From: an uncultured Actinomycetes bacterium
GTDB taxonomy: Bacteria; Actinomycetota; Thermoleophilia; Solirubrobacterales; Solirubrobacteraceae
DNA: 64,000 bases
Reading direction: 5' to 3'
NCBI GenBank assembly: GCA_963821685.1
Contig: CAWGEW010000004.1
Coordinates: forward strand, 6,244-70,243
Below the pieces are notes generated by a model. That model saw only the letters and a program-made list of their open reading frames with translations, was not told the DNA's origin and did no database searches. Shown one piece after another: positions 1 through 10,459 of this stretch. Positions within the stretch are counted from its first letter, which is position 1, and each line of letters opens with the position of its first letter. The translations under genes and the position numbers were made by a program.

Positions 1-291
1 CGGTCGGGTTCGCACACTGGGCGATCCGCAACCTGACCGGGCTCGACCTGCGCGCGCCGATCTCCGGCCAGCGCGCGATGCGGGCGGAGGTGCTCGACGT
101 GGTCACGCCGTTCGCTCCGCGCTTCGGCATGGAGATCGGGATGACGGTCGACGCTGCGCGGGCCGGGTTCCGCGCTCGTCGAGGTCGACGTCGATCTCGA
201 ACACCGCGCGACGGGGAAGACCTGGCGCGGCTTCACCCACCGCTTCCGTCAGCTGCGCGATTTCGCGGGCGTCTGGCTCTCGCGGCGCTGA
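1..291 (+). pseudogene. Glycosyltransferase family 2-like protein, C-terminal part. The 5' end lies outside the window. One apparent +1 frameshift near 168.
   Basis: From the window edge it reads ...ISGQRAMRAEVLDVVTPFAPRFGMEIGMTVDAARAGF. After a 1-nt shift it continues LVEVDVDLEHRATGKTWRGFTHRFRQLRDFAGVWLSRR to TGA 289-291. This resembles C-termini of actinobacterial GT2 enzymes (recalled from memory). Confidence 0.45.
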
Positions 292-1061
292 AGCCGCGCG
301 AAGACCGCGAGCGCGCCGAGGCAGAGCAGGCTCGCGATGAAGAAGTTCAGGCGCAGGCCGAGGATGTGGTGCGCGGGGTCGATGCGCAGCAGCTCCTCGA
401 AGATCCGGAACAGCGAGTACCCGGCGACATAGAGGGCGAACAGCCCGCCGGGGGTGATGCGCCGGTGGTGGCCGAGCCAGACGAGCGCGGCGGCGAGCCC
501 GAGGTTCCAGAGGATCTCGTAGAGGAAGGTGGGGTGGAAGGTCAGGTAGGCGCCGTAGCCGTCCGGGCGGTGCGAGGGGTCGATCTGCAGCCCCCACGGC
601 AGCGTCGTCGGCTTGCCGAACAGCTCCTGGTTGAAGTAGTTGCCGACCCGTCCGATCGACTGGGCGACGAGCAGCGCCGGCGCGGCGCGTCGAGGAAGCG
701 CGGGATGTCGGCGTGCCGGCGGCGCAGGACCCAGAGGCCGGCGAGCGTCCCGGCGAGGATGCCGCCCCAGATCCCCAGGCCGCCGTCCCAGACGGCGAAC
801 GGGCCCCACCAGCTGTGCGGCGCCTCGTCCCAGCTGGTGATCAGGAAGTAGATGCGCCCGCCGATCAGGCCGGCCGGGAAGCCCCACAGCGCGACCTCGT
901 AGACGAGGTCGTCCTCGCCGCCCTGTGCCCGCCAGCGCCGGCGCGTGATCGATGATCGCCGCGAACACCGCGACCGCGTACATCAGGCCGTAGACGTGGA
1001 GCGTGAACGGGCCGGCGTGGAGGTCGTTGAACGACGGGCTCTGGATCGACGCCGACGGCAC
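249..1061 (-). pseudogene. lgt: Prolipoprotein diacylglyceryl transferase (Lgt). The frame is open, but the middle third is out of frame because of two compensating indels.
   Basis: The N-terminus (FTLHVYGLMYAVAVFAAII) and C-terminus (LLVAQSIGRVGNYFNQELFGKPTTLPWGLQIDPSHRP...TFHPTFLYEILWNL) are Lgt-like in the listed frame. The segment about 690-950 reads as Lgt only in another frame (ITRRRWRAQGGEDDLVYEVALWGFPAGLIGGRIYFLITSWDEAPHSWWGPFAVWDGGLGIWGGILAG). This implies an insertion near 950 and a deletion near 688. Confidence 0.85.
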
Positions 1062-1087
1062 GATCGTGAGACTAGGCGCCGCGTGAC

Positions 1088-1930
1088 GTGGTCCGGGGCT
1101 GCCACCATCGACGCGCGATGTGGTTCTCCGGCGACAACCTCGTGCTGACCGTCGCCCAGGCGGCGTGCGTCGCGCTCCCTGCGGCCGGCCTGCCGCATGT
1201 GGGCGCAGCGGCTGCGTGGTCGCGCCTGGGCCCTGGTGCTGCCGTTCTCGATCGTCGTGGTCGTCGTGGCGATCGCGCTGATCCCGACGACGGCCGACGT
1301 GCTGACGTGGATCGCGCTGCTGCTCGTGCCGACCGGCTGCGCGCTCGCGCTCGGCTGGGCGGCACGCGGAGCGCGGCCCGTGGCTGGCGCTGCTGGCGGC
1401 GCCGTTGCTTGCAGCTGGCCTGGACCACCCAGGACGAGAAGATCGGGCAGGTCGCGACGATCGTGCTGATCGTCGGATCAGCGGTCACGCTCGGGCGGCT
1501 GCTCGCGGGCGCCGCGCCGCTGTCGCTGCTGAAGGTCGGCATCGTCGCGATGGCCGCCGTCGACGCGTACCTCGTGTTCTCCGGCCAGCTCGAGGGCCCG
1601 AATGCCGTGCTGGTCGCTGCGTCGCCCGGCGCCGGTCTGCCGCAGCTGCAGTCGTCGTCGTACGGGTTCGCCGGGATGGGCTACGGCGACTACTTCGCGG
1701 CCGCGGTGGTCGGCGGGATCCTCGCGGCCGAGCGCGGCCCGCAGGTCGTGGCCGCCGTCGCGCTGGTCGTCGTCTCGCTCTGCTGGGACCAGCTGTTCCT
1801 CGTCTACGACGTGCTGCCGGCGACGATCCCGCCCGCGATCGTGCTGCTCGGGGTCGAGTGGTGGCGGCGCTCGCGGGCCGTCACCGTGGTCGAGCACGAC
1901 CCGTTGCCGGGCCCAAGTCAACGCGCCTGA
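1088..1930 (+). pseudogene. Polytopic membrane protein of unknown function, with 2-3 apparent +1 frameshifts between about 1190 and 1420. The start is uncertain (1088, 1118 or 1197).
   Basis: Hydrophobic segments are spread over three frames: WALVLPFSIVVVVVAIALIPTTADVLTWIALLLVPTGCALALGW, then PWLALLAAPLLAAGL, then AWTTQDEKIGQVATIVLIVGSAVTLG...VAMAAVDAYLVFSGQ...GMGYGDYFAAAVVGGIL...LPATIPPAIVLLGVEWW to a stop at 1930. Confidence 0.5.
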
Positions 1931-2069
1931 GACACGTCAACTGGGCTCGGTCGGGTCTGGTGCTGCGGCGCGTATGCGGGAGCTGTGATGTGGCGGGGCT
2001 GAGCCGAAACCCGGGGCGGCGTGTCCCCCGCCACCCCGGGTATCGCTCGGCCCCGTCCCCTGTCGGGGA

Positions 2070-2101
2070 GCCGCGGCGGGGAGGGTCAGCCCCGCCGCGG
2101 C
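2070..2101. other. GC-rich hairpin with a 12-bp perfect stem and 8-nt loop, in the 375-nt gap upstream of glpK.
   Basis: gccgcggcgggg (2070-2081) pairs with ccccgccgcggc (2090-2101). Two weaker hairpins precede it (2010-2040 and 2051-2068). No U-tract follows. Confidence 0.5.
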
Positions 2102-2305
2102 CCTGATCCACGCGACCGGACGACCGACAACACTGCGTCACAGGAGGAGACGTGAGGAGCAGGGCGTTTGTCAGTCGCTTCGATCTCGTGCCAGCATGAT
2201 GCGGATGCGCAGGCCGATCTCCCAGCGACACTCGGTCGGAACATCCCGACTGTGTTTCGACACCCGGTCGAGGTCCAGGATCCGGCGCGGATAGGCTGCG
2301 AATCC

Positions 2306-3792
<1,487 letters not shown>

Positions 3793-3823
3793 TCGGCGGC
3801 CGGGCCGGGGATACGACGATCGG

Positions 3824-4571
3824 ATGAGCGAGCAGACGCCTGACAGCCCCGAGCAGCCCGTCCCGGACCTCGTTCCGATCAAGGAACAGGTCTACGAGGA
3901 CGACCGCCCGCCCGAGGCGCTCGAGCCCTACTACCAGCGCTCACTGACGAAGAAGCCCGACCGCTGGGTCTACGAGGTCGTGCGCGTCGCCACGTCGCTG
4001 CTGGCCTGGATCGGCTACCGCACGCGCACGATCGACAGCGCGAACGTGCCGACGAGCGGCCCGCTGATCTTCGCGCCGAACCACTTCTCCAACCTCGACC
4101 ACTTCTTCATGGGGCAGGCGACGCGCCGCAAGGTGCAGTTCATGGCGAAGTCGCAGATCTTCCAGCGGCCCGCTCGTCTGGATGTACACGCACGGCGGCG
4201 TCTTCCCGGTGCGGCGCGGGCATCGCGACGAGCGCAGCTTCGAGATCGTGCGCGCGATCCTCGGCCGCGACGGCACGATCTGCGTCTACTGCGAGGGCGG
4301 CCGCTCGCGCACCGGCAAGCTCGCCGACAAGGCGAAGGGCGGGATCGGGCGGATGGCGCTGCAGACGGGCGCGTCGGTCGTGCCCGTCGGGATCGCCGGG
4401 TCGGAGGCCGCGCGCAACTGGAAGCGCCTGGGCTTCCCGCGCGTGACGGTGAAGTACGGCGAGCCGATGCGCTGGGAGCAGGTCGAGGACCCGACGCGGG
4501 CTCAGCAGCAGGCTGTCGCGGACGAGATCTTCGCCGAGATCAAGCGCCTGCACGCCTCGATCAGCGCTTGA
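3824..4571 (+). pseudogene. plsC: 1-acyl-sn-glycerol-3-phosphate acyltransferase (PlsC family) with one +1 frameshift near 4175.
   Basis: The N-terminal fragment carries the HX4D motif (FAPNHFSNLDHFF). After the shift the ORF 4182-4571 continues as (W)MYTHGGVFPVRRGHRDERSFE...ICVYCEGGRSRTGKL...VVPVGIAGSE. The rest of the listed ORF 3824-5422 is antisense shadow. Confidence 0.8.
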
Positions 4572-6873
4572 CGAGTCTCGCAGTCGGCCGCGATCTCGTC
4601 GGTCGCGTCGGCGTAGACCGTGTCGTTGCCCGGGCCGCAGGAGACGCGGTCGTACCCGCCGGCGACGACCTGGATCGTGTCGTCGCCGTCGCCGCCCTGC
4701 ACGGTGTCGTCGTCGAGTCCGGCGAAGATCTGGTCGTTCCCGGGGCCGCCGTCGAGCGTGTCGTTGCCGCGCTCGCCGAACATCCGGTCGTTGCCCTCGT
4801 TGCCCAGGACGACGTCGTTGCCGCCGCGCCCGTGGACCTCGTCGTCGCCGGGGCCGCCGTGCAGCACGTCGTTGTCGTTCTCGCCGTCGACGTAGTCGTT
4901 GCCGCCGTTGCCGAACAGCTCGTCGTTGCCGTCGGCGCCGAAGATCGAGTCGTTGCCCTCGGTGCCGTTGAGCACGTCGTTGCCGGACGTCCCAGCGATC
5001 ACGTTGGTCGTCGCCGGTGCGTCGGTCGAGGGCTCCGGCGGGGTCTGGATGACGGTCTCGCAGCTCGTCAGGATGTCGCGGTCCGGCGCCGTGTCCTCGA
5101 CGTAGACGGTGTCCTTGCCGGGGCCGCAGTCGACGGTGTCCTGGGCGTCGTCGGCGACGCGGATCACGTCGTTTCCGGTGCCGCCGGTGATCGTGTCCTG
5201 GCCGGGCCCGCCGACGATGTCGTCGGCGCCGTAGGACCCGCTGATCGTGTCATTGCCCGAGCCGCCGTCGATCGTGTCGTCGCCGTAGGAGCCGTAGATC
5301 GTGTCCGAGCCGGCGTCGCCGCGGATCGCGTCGTTGCCGTCGCGGCCGTACAGCTGGTCGCCCGCCGTTCCGCCGTCGATGACGTCGTCACCGTCGCCGG
5401 CGTCGATCAGCTCCGAGCCTGAGCGGCCGAGCAGCGTGTCGTTGCCGGCGCCGCCGAAGATCCGGTCGCTGCCGCGCCCACCGTCGATCAGGTCGTTGCC
5501 GTCGCCGCCGTCGAGCAGCTTGTCGTTGCCCAGCCCCGATTCGATGATGCGGTCGTCGCCGGCGCCGCCGGTGATCTCGTCGTCGCCGTCGCCACCGTCG
5601 AGGTAGTCGCCGTCGTCACCGCCGTCGAGCCGGTCGTTGCCCGTGCCGCCGAACAGCGCGTCGTTCCCCAGGCCGCCGAGCAGCTGGTCGTCGCCCTGCG
5701 TGCCGAACAGCCGGTCGTTGCCGGCGCCGCCGTCGAGCCGGTCGTTCTCGGTTCCGCCGTTGAGCTCGTCGTCGCCGTCACCGCCGTACAGCTGGTCGTT
5801 CGCGCGGTTCCCGCTGAGCTTGTCGTTGCCGGCGAGCCCGTCGAGCAGGTCGGGCCCGCGGGTGCCGATCAGGACGTCGTCGCCGGGCGTCCCGCGCTGA
5901 ACCGCCACGCCGCCCTGGCCGGCGGCGGCCGAGGCGCGGACGCCGGCCGGGAGCGAAACGCCGCGCAGGCGCTTGAAGCTCAGGGCGCTCAGGACCGAGA
6001 GTGAGCGGCCGCCGCGGTCGGCGACGAAGATCCGCGTCCCGTCGCTGGAGACGCCGGGGAATCCGGGACCGGCGCCGACGCGCACGCGGGTCACGAGCCG
6101 CGCGGAGGAGAGGTCGGCGATCGCGGCGACCGCGCTGCCGTCGGCGGCTCCTGCGATCGCGGTGCGCCCGTTCGGGGTGATCGCGAGGCCGCCGCCGATC
6201 GAGCGGCCGAGCGCGATCGTCGCGGTTGCGCGCCGCGCGAAGAGGTCGATCCGGCGCAGGCGGCCGCCGGCGCGCGTGCGCTGCAGCGCCCAGGCGGTCC
6301 CGGAGGGCGAGAAGGCGACGGCGCTGGTGTTCGTCAGCGGGACGCGTCCGCTGATCGTCAGCGTCGTGAGGTCGAGGATCCCGAGGCGCTTGGTGTCGAG
6401 GACGACGAGCGCGCGCAGCCCGTCCGGTGAAATCGCGATCGAACGCGGCACGGCGCTGCGGCCGAGCGCGATCGTCGAGACGACGGCCGGGAGCGGTGCA
6501 GTGGCGAGGACGTCGACGGCACCGGCGCGCCCGCGAGCAGGCGCGAGCCGTTCGGGCTCGAGGCGAGGCCCATGATCCCGCTCGCGAGCGTCACGTAGCC
6601 GGCGGTGCGCCGATCGGCGAGGTCGACGGTGGCGACGCGCTTGCCCGACGCGACGAAGGCGCGCGCCCCGTCAGGGCTCGTGGCGATCGCGACGGCGGGG
6701 CCGCCGAGCCCGAGCGGGGAGGCCACGCGTCCGGTGCTCTGATCGACGGAGACCAGCCCGGGAGTGCCGCCCGCGACGAGCATCGCGCGCGCCGAGGCAC
6801 CCGCCGGAAGGGCGAGCGCCAGCGCCAGCACGCCGATCGCGGCGCGGAGGAATGAGGGGAAGCGGAACCGCAC
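4502..6873 (-). pseudogene. Secreted beta-propeller (YVTN/lactonase-like repeats) plus RTX calcium-binding repeat protein, with one frameshift (deletion type) near 6525.
   Basis: GTG 6873 gives a signal peptide (VRFRFPSFLRAAIGVLALALALPAGASA). Repeated xSPDGxRxxV blades follow ([61 protein letters not shown]). Then come two blocks of GGxGxDxL nonapeptides, each closed by D-x-V-x-C-G-P-G-x-D-T-V-Y...CE. Confidence 0.8.
4680..5895 (-). repeat. RTX-type nonapeptide (GGxGxDxxx) coding repeats in two blocks.
   Basis: There are dozens of consecutive units such as [40 protein letters not shown] and [10 protein letters not shown], giving a 27-nt periodicity in the DNA. Confidence 0.85.
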
Positions 6874-6927
6874 GTCACCCTCAGTGAACCATCGGGGCCT
6901 GCGAAGTTGCGCTGTACGCTGCCGCGC

Positions 6928-7517
6928 ATGCCCGCGCCCAACGAGCCGCAATTGCTTGTTTCAGGCCTGCTCGAGGGGATCGATGTGGTCTTGGCGGGTG
7001 CCGGGAACGACCTGGCGACGACCTGTGCGGGGCTCGGCGCGAGCGTGCGGGCGGTCGACGCGGATCTGCTCGACGAGGACGCCGTGGCTGGCCGCCGCGC
7101 AGGCGCTCCCGCGTGCCGACGTGCTCGTCTGCGACACCGGTCCGGCGCTGCGCGCGGGCGGGGAGGACGCGACGGCGCTCGCAGATGCCGTCGCGGGCGC
7201 CTGGAACGCGACGCGCGCCGTCGTGACGGCGCAGCTCGAGCCCGCCGGTTATGGGCTCGTGCTGCTGATCGCCCCGCGGCCGCGTGACGGCGCGCTCGCC
7301 GGCGCCGCGGCGGCGGCACTCGAGAATCTGGCGCGCACGACGTCGGTCGAATGGGCGCGGCTCGGCGTGCGCGTGGTCGCCGTGCGCCCCCGCGACGTCA
7401 CGCCGGACGCCGCCCTGCGGATCTCGTCGCGTTCCTCTGCTCGCCCGCGGGCGCCTACTTCTCCGGCTGCGTGCTGGACCTCGGCGCCGCCGGGATCAGC
7501 GGCTACGCCGGCGGCTG
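6928..7517 (+). pseudogene. Rossmann/SDR-like protein of uncertain function with two +1 frameshifts (about 7085 and 7420).
   Basis: Three fragments: MPAPNEPQLLVSGLLEGIDVVLAGAGNDLATTCAGLGASVRAVD... / WLAAAQALPRADVLVCDTGP...LENLARTTSVEWARLGVRVVAVRP / ...DLVAFLCSPAGAYFSGCVLDLGAAGISGYAGG to TGA 7515-7517. The C-terminal tail is typical of SDRs. Confidence 0.45.
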
Positions 7518-7973
7518 ATCGAGCGCCAGCTCGTAGGTGAGCCAGCGGCTCGCCACCGCGCCGACGCGTGCGTAGACGGTCTGCGCGCGCACGTTGTCGA
7601 GCGCCGTCTCCCACGCGAGCACCTTGCCGCCGTGTGCCCGCGTGCGGTCCGCGCAGGCCTCGATCAGCGCAGCGGCGAGCCCCGTCCCGCGCGCGTCCGG
7701 GTGGACGAACAGGTCGTTCATCACGCCGATGCGGCCGGCGTCGAGCGTCTGCCAGGTCCAGAACACGGTCGCGAAGCCGAGCGCGCGGCCCTGTGTATCC
7801 CGGCCGATCAGCTGCAGGCCCTCACGCTCGGGGTCGGCGATCAGCGCGCGGCACAGCGCCAGCAGCTGATCGTCGGGCGGGTCGACCTCGTAGAAGTCGC
7901 AGTAGCCGCGCAGCAAAGGGAGCAGGTCGCCCAGGTCCTGCTCGCCGACCTGCGTGATGTCGATGTCCGCCAT
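7503..7973 (-). CDS. GNAT family N-acetyltransferase.
   Basis: Intact 156-aa ORF with the acetyl-CoA motif region LFVHPDARGTGLAAALIEAC. An aaggag SD lies 7 nt upstream. It sits 10 nt downstream of the SDR gene on the same strand. Confidence 0.8.
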   Translation of the reverse strand: MADIDITQVGEQDLGDLLPLLRGYCDFYEVDPPDDQLLALCRALIADPEREGLQLIGRDTQGRALGFATVFWTWQTLDAGRIGVMNDLFVHPDARGTGLAAALIEACADRTRAHGGKVLAWETALDNVRAQTVYARVGAVASRWLTYELALDQPPA

Positions 7974-7983
7974 CGCCGGCTCC

Positions 7984-8811
7984 TTACGTCGTCATGCCGG
8001 TGAACTGGCCACCGGTGACGTTGAGCACCTGTCCGTGCACGTAGTTCGACCACGGTGAAGCGAGGAAGAAGACGCCGCCGGCGGCCTCCTGCGGTGTGCC
8101 GGCGCGGCCGAGCGGGACCAGCATCGGCGCCATGCCGCGGAGCTGGTCGGGGATGCCGAGCTGCACCTTCTCGCCGTCGATCTCCATCGTGTTCGACTCG
8201 TCCTTGGACGCCGTCAGGCGCGTCTCGATCCAGCCGAACGCGACCGCGTTGCAGTTGACCTTGAACTGGCCCCACTCCTTGGCGAGCGTCTTCGTCAGCC
8301 CGACGACGGCGGACTTGCCGGCGGCGTAGTTGGCCTGGCCGGCGTTGCCCATCGTGCCGGAGACGGACGAGACGTTGATGATCTTGCGGAACACCTCGAC
8401 GCCCTCGGCCTTCTCGGCCTTCGCGGGCTCGCGCAGGTGCGGGGCGGCCTCGCGGATGATCCGGAACGGCGCCACCACATGGATGTCGAGCATCCGCTGG
8501 AACCAGTCGTCGCTCATCTTGTGAATCGGCGCGTCGAGCGTGTAGCCGGCGTTGTTGACGATGATGTCGATCTTCCCGAAGGCGTCGATCGCGGTCTTCA
8601 CGAGCGCCGCCGGCGCGCTCGGGTCGGTCAGGTCGCCTGCGTAGACCGCCGTCTCGCCGGCGAGCTCGCTTGCGGTCTGCGCGGCGAGGTCGCCGTCGAG
8701 GTCGTTGATGACGAGGCTCGCGCCGTGTTCACCGAGCAGTTCGGCGGTCGCGCGACCGATGCCGCGGGCCGATCCGGTGACGATCGCCACCTTGCCGTCG
8801 AGGACTCCCAT
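7984..8811 (-). CDS. Short-chain dehydrogenase/reductase (FabG-like 3-oxoacyl reductase family).
   Basis: From ATG 8811 it reads MGVLDGKVAIVTGSARGIGRA (TGxxxGIG), NNAG, and SSVSG...YAAGKSAV (catalytic YxxxK). The ORF upstream of this ATG looks like non-coding extension. Confidence 0.85.
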   Translation of the reverse strand: MGVLDGKVAIVTGSARGIGRATAELLGEHGASLVINDLDGDLAAQTASELAGETAVYAGDLTDPSAPAALVKTAIDAFGKIDIIVNNAGYTLDAPIHKMSDDWFQRMLDIHVVAPFRIIREAAPHLREPAKAEKAEGVEVFRKIINVSSVSGTMGNAGQANYAAGKSAVVGLTKTLAKEWGQFKVNCNAVAFGWIETRLTASKDESNTMEIDGEKVQLGIPDQLRGMAPMLVPLGRAGTPQEAAGGVFFLASPWSNYVHGQVLNVTGGQFTGMTT

Positions 8812-8963
8812 GCCGTCTCCTTGCGTTGCTGCGGGGAAGGGTTGGCGGCGGATCCTACGGGCCACCGGATCTTCACAGCCTGGTGGTCTGAGCTTCACAT
8901 TCGGCCTCCGGGGCGGGCATAGCGTCGCGGCGTGTTGTCACCCATCCACGGAGGAGCCACACA

Positions 8964-10384
8964 ATGAAGCGAACGCGTCTCACGGCGGCGGTTGCCGTCG
9001 CCGTCGTCGTTGCGGCCGGAGGGACGGGAACCGCCGTCGCCACCGGCCTGTTCAACCACCAGGACCGCGATACGGAGCGCGCCGTCGTGCAGGCGCTGGC
9101 CGACCGCCATCCCAAGAACGTCATCTTCCTGCTCGGCGACGGCATGGGGACCCAGGAGATCACCGCCGCCCGCTACTACCAGGGCGTCGACAACGCGCTC
9201 AACGTCGACCGGATGCCGTTCACCGGCTTCGACACCACCTGGTCGGTGAAGCCGGCCGCCGGCCGCGCCGTACCTGCCCGACTACGACCCGGACTCGGCC
9301 TCGACCGGCACGCTGTGGGCGACCGGCCAGCAAGACGGTCGACGAGCGCATCTCCCAGGGCCCGAGCAGCGCGATCGACGGTTCCCGGCGCGAACCTGAA
9401 GACGATCCTCGAGCTCGCCCAGAAGCAGGGCAAGAAGGTCGGCGACGTCTCGACCGCCGAGATCACCGACGCGACGCCGGCGGTGCTCGCCTCGCACATC
9501 TCGCTGCGCGGCTGCCAGGGCCCGGCCGAACATGGCGGCCTGCCCGCTCGAGACCAAGGCCGCCGGCGGCCTCGGCTCGATCGCCGAGCAGGAGGTCGAT
9601 CACAAGGTCGACGTGCTCCTCGGCGGCGGCCGCAACCGCTTCACCGCAGACGATCGCCGGCGGCCCGGACGCCGGCAAGACGGTCGTCCAGTCGGCGCAG
9701 GCCAAGGGCTACCAGTACGTCACCGACGCCGCCGGGCTCGCGGCGCGTCACGAACGCGAACAAGCCGGTGCTCGGCCTGTTCAACGACCGGCAACATGTC
9801 GCTCGAGTGGACCGGCCCGGCGGCCGCGACCGGCAAGGGCAACGCGCCGGCCGCCTGCACCGAGGACCAGCGCCCGGCCAACGAGCCGAGCCTGGCCGGC
9901 GATGACCGACGAAGGCGATCGACCTGCTCGACGAGAGCAACGAAGGGCTTCTTCCTCCAGGTCGAGGGCGCCTCGATCGACAAGCAGGACCACGCGACCA
10001 ACGCCTGCGGCCAGATCGGCGAGACGGTCGCGTTCGACCGCGCGATCGGCGTCGCGCTCGACTACCAGCGCACGCACCCGGACACGCTGGTCGTCGTCAC
10101 CGCCGACCACTCGCACACCAGCCAGATCGTCGGCGAGGACGCGAGCCGGCAGCGGGCCTGCCGACCGGCTACTCGACGAACCTGACTGACGAAGGACGGC
10201 CAGACGCTGAGCCTGACCTACGGGACCGCCGGCTACGGCGGCCCGGGCGCAGCGCCGGTCGCGGCGCCGCCGAGCCAGCAGCACACCGGCGCCGTCGTGC
10301 CGGTCTGGGGCAGCGGCCCGGGCTCGCTCGCCGTGCTCGGCACCAACGACCACACCGACCTGTTCGACGACGCTCGGCGGCTGA
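8964..10384 (+). pseudogene. phoA: Alkaline phosphatase (PhoA family) with an N-terminal signal peptide, disrupted by at least 9 +1 frameshifts.
   Basis: Fragments cycle through all three frames: MKRTRLTAAVAVAVVVAAG...NVIFLLGDGMGTQEITAARYY / PYLPDYDPDSASTGTLWATGQ / KTVDERISQ / VPGANLKTILELAQKQGKKVGDVSTAEITDATPAVLASH / MAACPLETKAAGGLGSIAEQ / QTIAGGPDAGKTVV / VTNANKPVLGLFN / GNMSLEWTG / KGFFLQVEGASIDKQDHATNAC...VVVTADHSHTSQIVG / ...QQHTGAVVPVWGSGPGSLAVLGTNDHTDLF. The 3' end (TGA 10382-10384) is a guess. Confidence 0.8.
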
Positions 10385-10411
10385 GGCCGCCCAGGGGGGA
10401 CGTGGGCAATG

Positions 10412-10441
10412 GCCCGCGGCGGAACCGATTCCGCCGCGGGC
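10412..10441. terminator. Bidirectional hairpin between the convergent phoA and acyl-CoA dehydrogenase genes.
   Basis: The 11-bp perfect stem gcccgcggcgg / ccgccgcgggc has the 8-nt loop aaccgatt. It lies between the two converging 3' ends. There is no clear U-tract (GC-rich I-shaped type). Confidence 0.55.
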
Positions 10442-10459
10442 GTCCGCGTTGCCTGAGCC

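Noticed and set aside
1931-2305. Structured 375-nt intergenic region examined for a tRNA, 6C RNA or riboswitch.
   Set aside because: There is no T-loop (GGTTCGAATCC-like) or cloverleaf. Only one hairpin loop is C-rich (tcccctgt), whereas a 6C RNA needs two. I recognise no riboswitch core. It is kept only as a hairpin cluster.
3824-5422. 532-aa ORF suggesting a large protein starting at the plsC ATG.
   Set aside because: Only the first 115 aa or so are PlsC-like. After the frameshift near 4175 the real PlsC continues in ORF 4182-4571. The remainder is low-complexity (VV/AA/DR runs) and antisense to the RTX gene.
4502-6873. RTX protein considered as a type I secretion toxin locus.
   Set aside because: No ABC exporter, membrane-fusion protein or outer-membrane component is adjacent. 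The protein carries an N-terminal Sec-type signal peptide and a propeller domain, so it does not fit a haemolysin-type locus.
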